A DNA stretch of 64,000 nucleotides from assembly GCF_963921235.1 (NCBI RefSeq), contig NC_086097.1, positions 230,766,001 to 230,830,000 of the forward strand, written 5' to 3'. The stretch is from Mobula hypostoma (lineage: Eukaryota). This document shows, one piece after another, positions 54,805-64,000 of the stretch (position 1 is its first letter; each line of letters opens with the position of its first letter). The translations under genes were made by a program, and so were the position numbers. The notes under the pieces are model-generated. The model was given only the letters and a program-made list of their open reading frames with translations, searched no databases and was not told the origin of the DNA.

Positions 54805-55270
54805 ACTAACAAATTTATGCAGATGTACCGTGCAGAGCCTTCTGACTAGCTGCCTCACCGTCTGGTATGGAGGCAATAATGTATAAGATCAAGGCTTCTG
54901 AGGGTTGTAGACCCAGCCAATTCTATTATGAGCACAAGTCTCCCCACCATCGAGGTCATCTTCCAAAGGTGGCATTCATCATTAAGGACTTTCACCATCT
55001 GGGACATGCCCCCTTTTCATTATGATCATCAGCGAGATGGTAAGGACATCAGCGAGATGGTAAGGAGCCTGAAGACCCATACTCAATGTTATAGGAACAT
55101 CTTTTTCCCATGTGCCACTGATTTCTGAACACTACCTCGCGAGTCCTCTTTCTGAACTATTTATGTATGTTTATTGTAACTTATAGCAATTTGTTATGCC
55201 TGAAATGCACTGCACCCTAAAACAACAAATTTTACAACTTACGTCAATGACAATACACCAGTTTCTGACT
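54805..55270 (+). mobile_element. Very old Rex1-like 3' fragment
   Basis: Weak similarity to the other Rex1 copies (tttatgcagatgtaccgtgcagagc; SLKTHTQCYRNIFFP). Confidence 0.5.
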
Positions 55271-56015
55271 TTTAGGCAGTCCCTATGGGATTTAGTAAAC
55301 CTCCATTCCTGGGAAGAGGGTGCTTGAGGAAGCAGACAGAGTTTTGTTATTTGGCAGGTAAATGTGTTTTCCATCCTTTTGTTGCCTTGTGAATGAAATG
55401 AAATGGCATGCATCAAGGCCAAAGTTTCAGCTAAGTTCTTCAAAGTGCACCATTCAGTGGTCTCCCTCTCCCTCTCATCCATGGAGATTCCCATCCAAGG
55501 ATGCCTTGGGTATGTGGTAAGAGAGAAGGAGAAACTAAAGGGAGGAGAGGCATAGAGATCAAAGGGGGCTGCACAGCAATCCTAAGAGTAGCTTCACTAT
55601 ATCTTATTATCTCCCTCCAAACAGGTTCTGTATCGTATCGGACTTCCTGAACTTAGAAGATCCATCTGTTGTGCTAGACCTATCATTTGTTAACAGAGCC
55701 ATTAAAATATTGCAGTTAAATATTTGCCATTTATTAAAGATTCTGCTTTATTACATTGAATAGTATGAACACAATTCATTAATGATTCAGTGGATCAATT
55801 CAGGACCTTACATATCATTTAGATTATGCCTGTTCTGTACAGTATGCTCTTTCAAAATTGATCTAGTTATAGATTTAAGAACAAATCTTCTTGTACAAGT
55901 AATATCAAAAAGATAGCATACAAAATAGCATGAAGTGTAACATTGTCAATGAGCACAAGAGCAAGAGCTACTAAGCAGAGGAATCAATAGAAGTGTATGT
56001 GCCACACATAAAGTA

Positions 56016-57608
56016 CAAACCCCATTTCCAGAAAAGTTGGGATATTTTCCAAAATGCAAAAAAAACAAAAATCTGTGATATGTTAATTCACGTAAACCTT
56101 TATTTAACTGACAAAAGTACAAAGAAAAGATTTTCAATAGTTTTACTGACCAACTTAATAGTATTTTGTAAACATACACAAATTTAGAATTTGATGGCTG
56201 CAACACACTCAACAAAAGTTGGGACAGAGACATGTTTACCATTGTGTTACATCACCTTTCCTTTTAATAACACTTTTTAATCATTTTGGAACGAGGATAC
56301 TTATTGTAGTAGATTTGCAATTGGAAATTTTGTTCATTCTTGCTTGATATAAAACTTCAGCTGCTCAACAGTCCGTGGTCTCCATTGTCTGATTCTCCTC
56401 TTCATGATGCGCCATACATTTTCAGTAGGAGATAGATCTGGACTGGCAGCTGGCCAGTCAAGCACACACACACTCTGTGTCTACAAAGCCACGCTGTCGT
56501 AGCCCGTGCAGAATGTGGACTGGCATTGTCCTGCTGAAATAAGCATGGATGTCCCGGGAAGAGATGTCACCTTGATAGCAACATATGTCTCTCTAAAATC
56601 CTAATATACACCTCAGAGCCAATGGTACCTTCACATACATGCAACTCACCCATGCCGTGGGCACTGATGCACCCCCATACCATCACAGATGCTGGCTTTT
56701 GCACCTTTCGTTGATAACAATCTGGATGCGTTTTCATCTTTGGCACAGAGAACTCGACGCCCGTTTTTTTCCGAAAACTAGCTGAAATCTGACCACAGCA
56801 CATGGTTCCACAGTCTTTCAGTCCATCTGAGATGAGCTCGGGCCCAGAGAACTCGCCGGCGTTTCTGCATAGAATTGATGTATGGCTTCCTCCTTGTGTA
56901 ATACAGTTTCAAGTTGCATTTCTGGATGCAGCGACGGACTGTGTTGAGTGACAATGGTTTTCCGAAGTACTCCCGAGCTCAGGTGGCTATAATTGTCACA
57001 GTAGCATGACGGTTTCTTAGGCAGTGCCACCTGAGGGCTCGAAGATCACACGCATTCAACAGTGGTTTCTGACCTTGCCCTTTACGCACTGAGATGTCTC
57101 TGAATTCTCTGAATCTTTTCACAATATTATGTACTGTAGATGTTGAAAGACCTAAATTCTCTGCAATCTTGGGTTGAGAAATGTTGCTGTTGAACTGACT
57201 AACAATTCTCTCGTGAAGTTTGGCACAAAGGGGTGAGCCATGACCCATCCTTGCTTGCAAAGACTGAGCCTTTGATGGACGCTACTTTTATACCCAGTCA
57301 TGATACCTCACCTGCTACCAATTAGCCTGCTTAATGTGAAGTCTTCCAAACCGGTGTTACATGAATATTCTGTGCACTTTTCAATATTATTTTAACTCCG
57401 TCCCAACTATTGTTGAGTGTGTTGCAGCCATCAAATTCTAAATTTGCGTATGTTTACAAAATACAATTAAGTTGGTCAGTAAAACTATTGAAAATCTTTT
57501 CTTTGTACTTTTGTCAGTTAAATAAAGGTTCACATGAATCAACATATCACAGATTTTTGTTTTTATTGCATTTTGGAAAATATCCCAACTTTTCTGGAAA
57601 TGGGGTTG
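56016..57608 (-). mobile_element. Tc1-family transposon with ~210-bp TIRs and decayed transposase (~57248-56236)
   Basis: TA TSD at 56014-56015 and 57609-57610; CAACCCCATTTCCAGAAAAGTTGGGA termini; IAENLGLSTSTVHNIVKRF; QKPASVMVWGCIS. Confidence 0.92.
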
Positions 57609-57674
57609 TAGTTGTTACCTTAGTGTGATGTGAAGTCCTGATTTCAACAAAATTCTGTCCTTAGGATTGTCTTA

Positions 57675-58700
57675 GAAACATAGAAACATAGAAAATAGGT
57701 GCAGGAGTAGGCCATTCGGCCCTTCGAGCCTGCACCGCCATTTATTATGATCATGGCTGATCATCCAACTCAGAACCCAGCCTTCCCTCCATACCCCCTG
57801 ACCCCTGTAGCCACAAGGGCCATATCTAACTTCCTTTTAAACATAGCTAATGAACTGGCCTCAACAGTTTGCTGTGGCAGAGAATTCCACAGATTCACCA
57901 CTCTCTGTGTGAAGAAGTTTTTCCTAACCTCGGTCCTAAAAGGCTTCCCCTCTATCCTCAAACTGTGACCCCTCGTTCTAGACCTCCCCAACATCGGGAA
58001 CAATCTTCAATCCCTTTACCTATTTTTGAGCATCCTCCATTTAATTCCCCCGTTTATTCCCACTCTTTGCTTCCTGTCTGCTAACCAATTCTCCACCCAC
58101 ACCAATACCTTACCCCCAATACCGTGTGCTTTAAGTTTGCACACTAATCTCCTATGTGGGACCTTGTCAAAAGCCTTTTGAAAATCCAAATATACCACAT
58201 CCACTGGTTCTCCCCTATCCACTCTACTGGTTACATCCTCAAAAAATTCTATGAGATTCGTCAGACATGATTTTCCTTTCACAAATCCATGCTGACTTTG
58301 TCCGATCATTTCACCGCTTTCCAAATGTGCTGTTATCACATCCTTGATAACTGACTCCAGCAGTTTCCCCACCACCGACGTTAGGCTAACCGGCCTATAA
58401 TTCCCCGGTTTCTCTCTCCCTCCTTTTTTAAAAAGTGGGGTTACATTAGCCACCCTCCAATCCTCAGGAACTAGTCCAGAATCTAACGAGTTTTAAAAAA
58501 TTATCACTAATGCATCCACTATTTCTTGGGCCACTTCCTTAAGCACTCTGGGATGCAGACCATCTGGCCCTGGGGATTTATCTGCCTTCAATCCCTTCAA
58601 TTTACCTAACACCACTTCCCTACTAACATGTATTTCGCTCAGTTCCTCCATCTCACTGGACCCTCTGTCCCTTACTATTTCTGGAAGATTATTTATGTCT
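57675..58700 (-). mobile_element. Young CR1 copy with a complex internal deletion (junction 58008-58050)
   Basis: 57675-58008 matches the 3' end of copy 65-1694; 58049-58700 matches its RT N-terminal part. Confidence 0.92.
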
Positions 58701-58836
58701 TGTAGCATAGTTTTTAGAATTGTTAAGTTTCAATATTGATAAAAGCTAGAAACAAATTAACAAAGGAAAATTGAAACTTTTCAAACTAAGGTGCAAACTA
58801 CATGAACTTGCTATTTAGGGAATCACTACAATCATG

Positions 58837-59829
58837 TTGTTTACAATATATATTAATGACTTACACGAGGGAATTAAATGCAGCATCTCCAAGTTTGCGG
58901 ATGACACAAAGCTAGGCGGCAGTGTTAGCTGTGAGGAGGATGCTAAGAGGATGCAGGGTGACTTGGATAGGTTAGGTGAGTGGGCAAATTCATGGCAGAT
59001 GCAATTTAATGTGGATAAATGTGAGGTTATCCACTTTGGCGGCAAGAACAGGAAACAGATTATTATTTGAATAGTGGCCGATTAGGAAAAGGGGAGGTGC
59101 AACGAGACCTGGGTGTCATTGTACACCAGTCATTGAAAGTGGGCATGCAGGTACAGCAGGCAGTGAAAAAGGCGAATGGTATGCTGGCATTCATAACAAG
59201 AGGATTCGAGTACAGGAGCAGGGAGGTACTACTGCAGTTGTACAAGGCCTTGGTGAGACCACACCTGGAGTATCGTGTGCAGTTTTGGTCCCCTAATCTG
59301 AGGAAAGACATTCTTGCCATAGAGGGAGTACAAAGAAGGTTCACCAGATTGATTCCTGGGATGGCAGGACTTTCATATGATGAAAGACTGGATTGACTAG
59401 GCTTATACTCACTGGAATTTAGAAGATTGAGGGGGGATCTTATTGAAACGTATAAAATTCTAAAGGGATTGGACAGGCTAGATGCAGGAAAATTGTTCCC
59501 GATGTTGGGGAAGTCCAGAACAAGGGGTCACAGTTAAAGGGGAACAGATAACGGGAAAGCCTTTTAGGACCGAGATTAGGAAAAGCTTCTTCACACAGAG
59601 AGTGGTGAATCTGTGGAATTCTCTGCCACAGGAAACAGTTGAGGCCAGTTCATTGGCGATATTTAAGAGGGAGTTAGATATGGCCCTTGTGGCTAAAGGG
59701 ATCGGGGGTATGGAGAGAAGGCAGGTACAGGGTTCTGAGTTGGATGATCAGCCATGATCATACTGAATGGCGGTGCAGGCTCAAAGGGCCGAATGGCCTA
59801 CTCCTGCACCTACTTTCTATGTTTCTATG
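58837..59829 (+). mobile_element. Young CR1 3' fragment, inverted relative to 57675-58700
   Basis: Near identical to 709-1694; KFADD; ttctatgtttctatg tail. Confidence 0.92.
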
Positions 59830-61734
59830 CACCGACATCCATTACTTGATTTTGGCAAGTATATTTGTGGTCCACAGCAAAACAAACAGCATTTGTGTAG
59901 TGCTTTTAACCTACTAAATCATCACAAGAATGTTAGCAAACAGCATCTGACACCAAACTACATGAGATGAAATAGGAACTAGATTAGAGCACTTAATCCC
60001 ATGAGCCATTACATGAGATCATGGGTTATGTATGATCCAATGATAGATGGCTGCCTTAGCCTGAGTTAGCTAATGTGTCTCAACGTTTTAAATTAAAAGC
60101 TTATCTGGCATCAGTTGCCAAATGTAAAGAGAGTTCCAAACTTCTACCCCCTTGGCATTTTAAAATTTCTGCTAACTTCCCTCTTTTCGTGTCTAGATAT
60201 AGTCTCCTCAATGGGCAAAAGCAGTTTCTTCATCTCTCTTTTTCAGGTTGCCAATCTCTCACAAATTTTGATTAAATAATTCTCAGTCTTCTAAATTCAA
60301 AGCAGCACAACCCCAGTTAATGAAGCCCCTTCTTGAAATTTAAACTTTGGATTTGAGGCTTTAACATGAAAGGGTTTGAGCAGATTTGTAGCTGCAGATT
60401 TATAATTAACATTTTGATATTTTTTTAAACAATTAAAGAGCAATTCCAAAAAATCCCATTGATAGCAAAATAATTTGTGTCTGCACTTTCAGATACCATT
60501 TACACATAATTCTGTTATTAGCATTGTTAATAATCTGCTATTGTTACAACAAAAATACATTAAAGAACCAGAAATGATAATGCATAGGAGAGATCAGGAA
60601 TGGCACAGATACATTTTCCGATCTTCTCATTTGCGTTATTTTCTTTTTATAGATAGCTCTTGAACTGTTATATATGAGCCTGATTTTAATGTCAGAATTA
60701 AGAAAATCCACATGATGTGAATTAAGATTGTGAAATTATAAACAAAATGTCAAATATATGTACTTCATTTGAAAGCCACAAGTTTTATTTGAAATGCATT
60801 CTCACAAAATACAGGATCTTACAAACATCCTGAAATCTCCATTGTGTTTAAAAACACAAAAAAAATCAGTACAGTATCTCATTTTTGACTAATCAGAAGC
60901 ATTTGACACTTAAAATTAGTGGAACAAATCTAATGATCTCCGTTCAATTCTCAACACAAAGGAGGCTGTATGTTTACATCCTTCGCAAAGTGATCTACAA
61001 CATGACAATATGCCCTGGCTAAAATAGCTGAGAACATCCTTTTTCAGAGAAAAAGAAGGCAATAACCAGTTTCTGCTCACATCCCCCAGCATTGGATAAA
61101 ACTCCACTGCAAAAGTGACGTCTGTGTCTCTCAAGATTAAAATTGGAATCTAGGTGGACTCTTCTCTTTCTCCCAACAAAAAAAAATTATCTAATGTTAT
61201 CATTTCCTTAGAAGGAAAAAAACTCTTAAAAATAATTTTCATGGAAACATAAACTGCTTCTTTCTTCATAGATACTGCTTGACCTGTAGAGTATTTCTAA
61301 CATCAACTTTTAATTCACATATTCTACATTTAGATTACTTTTTCTTTGTCAAGAAAAATGTCTTCACTCTTCTTTTATGAAAACAACAAAAACTTTTAAC
61401 TCTATCATAAATCATTGACTATACTACATTTTAATGCAAATTGCAGAATCTCCCAATGGGACTAGTCTACTGTGTTAATTACTACTCAATAAATTATAAA
61501 AAATGTAAATTAGTACGTTAGTATAAAAAAGACTGAAAAACAAAACTAAATAACTATGGATTCACCCTTCTCTAATTATTTTTTAATATATATGCAAACT
61601 ATTTTGTTAGTGTTATTAGCAAAGTAAGATTTTAGTCATGAAAATGCCACATCTCACAGTATAACAGACTCAAAATAATAGTGCATATCTGACTTATGAA
61701 AATGTAGTTGACAGATATGCAAAATGCAACATAC

Positions 61735-61778
61735 CTCATCTAAGTCATACAAATGTATTGTTGAAGTAATTATTAAAA
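61735..61778 (-). other. Candidate 44-nt exon
   Basis: Acceptor ttgtttatatag and donor GAG|GTATGT. Confidence 0.35.
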
Positions 61779-63416
61779 CTATATAAACAATTTTCTCCCT
61801 AAATTATTTGAAGATAATTTGTTCCAAATTACCTATTTCAGAGATCATTTGAAATAATTACAAAAAATTGCAAAGTACTATTTGATTGCCTATGTATGTA
61901 GCTTAATACAATCTTAAAATGGATAATGTATACATTCACATTTTTAGAATGCTTTGTTAAAAGTTTGCTTTCATTGTTTATATAGTTTTAATTATTACAT
62001 CAGTTAAAAATGTAAAGGCTTGCTCTCTGTAGACTGGAAACAGTGTTTGATTTATGATTGAAACAGAGCAGTTGAAAAAACCTTTTCAGATGGTATGAAA
62101 ACAAGGCTTAAATACTTAACTTAGCATTTAAGGAAAATGGAAGTTTCATGTTTGCTTTTATCGTTATTTCTAAATTTGTTTTAATGAAGAGGATAATTAA
62201 CATTTACGTAAACTATATTTAAAAGGAGAATTAGCTGTTATGTTAATATTTGCAAAAGATGATGGGAGCACAGATGTAAACAAAAATGGGTAAACAAAAG
62301 ACACTTGCAAGAAATGCATTGATTTTTTTCTATTATGTGTTATAACTTTAAATGTTTCCCTTGTTTTTCATGCTCCCAAGCATCAGCAATTATATCAAAT
62401 CAAAAGGCTAGTTCAAAAGACATTTATTTTATTAAAAACTGAATTAGGTAACCAGATGTTCTCTCTACGAGGGACAAGTAGTAATAGTTCTTCGCCTACC
62501 TTTCTGTATATCTACCTTAGAAGCTGTCCATATGTACACAGCCAGCAAAATGAAAATTAGTTGAGGATTTTTTTTACCCCTTAAAGAAAGTTATGAAGTC
62601 AAGATGGATGGTGGAATTTGATAGTAATCACCATCATGATCTGTAAGGATCAATATTTGTTTCTAACTAAATTGAAGTGACATTTTCCCCCTCTATTTGA
62701 ATATCAATTTATGCATTTTTAGGTAGGGACAGCTACCAATTATAGTTAGATATGGTATACAATGCACAGTGTGGATAACTGTGAGAACAAGAACACTACA
62801 GATAGAAAAATAATGTTCTTTTATTAGCAATATTTGAACTGCATTGAGAATAATATTTTGTCATTAACGTTACAGCTTATGGTTTTGTTAATGAAATAAT
62901 TTATTGGCCCAAGTTATTTGAATATAAAAATATACACCTTAAATTGAAATAATCCGTTTGTGTTTTAAACTTTCTTTTACACAATGCTGTGATGCTAGAC
63001 GAATTGTTTCAGACCACTGATATAAAAATTGTTATGATACATGAACAATTTGTTCCTTATTAGTTTAATAGCAAGGAGCTGTCTTATTTACGCAAGGTCA
63101 ACGCAACTTAGATGTTTTTCTATAACATTATCTAAGGGGCAATGATAACTTTTGGTATTTATTTTCTACAAATTACTTATCAGAGTTGTGGACGTAGATT
63201 TTATGCATGTTTATATCTTTTATATTTAAAGTCTTTTTATAGTTGAAAGGCATCACTGGAGGCATCAGCCCTTAATGTGTTGTTTAACTTGTTTGTCTTT
63301 CATTTAAAAGCGCATGGACACAGAAACAACTTTAAAAGGGTGGATTTTTACAATCAAATTACTGCGTATTACTGCAGTAAGTAATTTCTGAAGATGAAAG
63401 ACTTGAAGTTACTCAC

Positions 63417-63528
63417 TTTATAGTGAAGTATTCCGGCGTGGTGATGAACACTAAGAAGCCCAATTTCAATTATCACTTTTAACGTCAAAGCAAATTGTCC
63501 ACCGGTTGCCTCCCCAGTAACGATAATA
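63417..63528 (-). other. Candidate 5' exon next to the CpG island
   Basis: Donor AAA|GTGAGT at 63416-63411; possible acceptor tattctcttgatcttaatgtag, or the exon may extend into the island. Confidence 0.4.
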
Positions 63529-63589
63529 CTACATTAAGATCAAGAGAATAAATGATTTGAATAAGGGGAAATAAAGCATCATCATTACC

Positions 63590-64000
63590 CAAGGTTGCTG
63601 CCGACAAAGGGGCTCTTCAAAATGGAGGGCGCAGCAAGCTGGCCTTTGCTCGGGGGTCTCCGGGCTCCGGTTTCCGTGGAGCCCCGTTAGGGGAGCACGC
63701 TGCCGCATGCGCTCCCTCCGCCGGCTTTGGCCAAACCCAGCCACCCGCTACGACTCAGGCGAGGCTCGGACCAGACCAACCACCTCCACATCATGCTGCG
63801 GTCGAAAGACGGGTCAATGATAGCATCCGAGCATGTTTTATGTAACTCGTTTGTTATCCCGACCGAAGCGCCGAATGAAGCCCGGTGTTTATCCTCGACA
63901 GGAGGGCCTCCCGGCAGCGACTGCCCAGACTCCGCCGTTGCTAGGAGACGGAGTAGGCTCCCTCCGAGCCGCTGCAGGATGGCGGCACTGCCTGAAACTC
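63590..64000. promoter_or_regulatory. CpG island / probable promoter
   Basis: Abrupt GC and CpG rise after ~3.7 kb of AT-rich unique DNA; no repeat similarity seen; RFX-like and YY1-like motifs. Confidence 0.7.

Noticed and set aside
58049..59829. Single twin-primed 5'-inverted CR1 insertion
   Set aside because: A ~135-bp non-CR1 spacer separates the pieces and the minus copy has its own 3' tail at 57675; two insertions are simpler

Overview
Vertebrate genomic DNA, most likely a cartilaginous fish (ray or shark; inferred from the CR1, V-SINE and Penelope repeat mix). One clear host gene: TMEM200C, a single 521-codon coding exon on the minus strand at 33045-34610. It has a TE-free stretch downstream (likely 3' UTR), several candidate small 5' exons, and a CpG island at the right edge. 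Most of the rest is heavily nested transposable elements: many CR1 LINEs (one near full length), Rex1/Babar LINEs, an L1-clade fragment with a target-site duplication (TSD), three Tc1 elements, a pogo/Tigger element, SINEs, Penelope-like elements (PLEs) and a tandem array. The most notable non-obvious signals are: (1) repeated minimal hammerhead-ribozyme motifs (CAGTC-CTGATGA-stem-GAAACGTC-GACTG) at PLE termini, including a 228-bp fold-back element with one motif per strand and a 10-bp TSD; (2) a CR1 copy whose ~720-nt internal loss leaves four colinear 10-12-nt patches; (3) non-autonomous retroposons with YY1-like rather than tRNA heads; (4) a candidate micro-exon chain into TMEM200C. All calls were read by eye; boundaries of old repeats are approximate.
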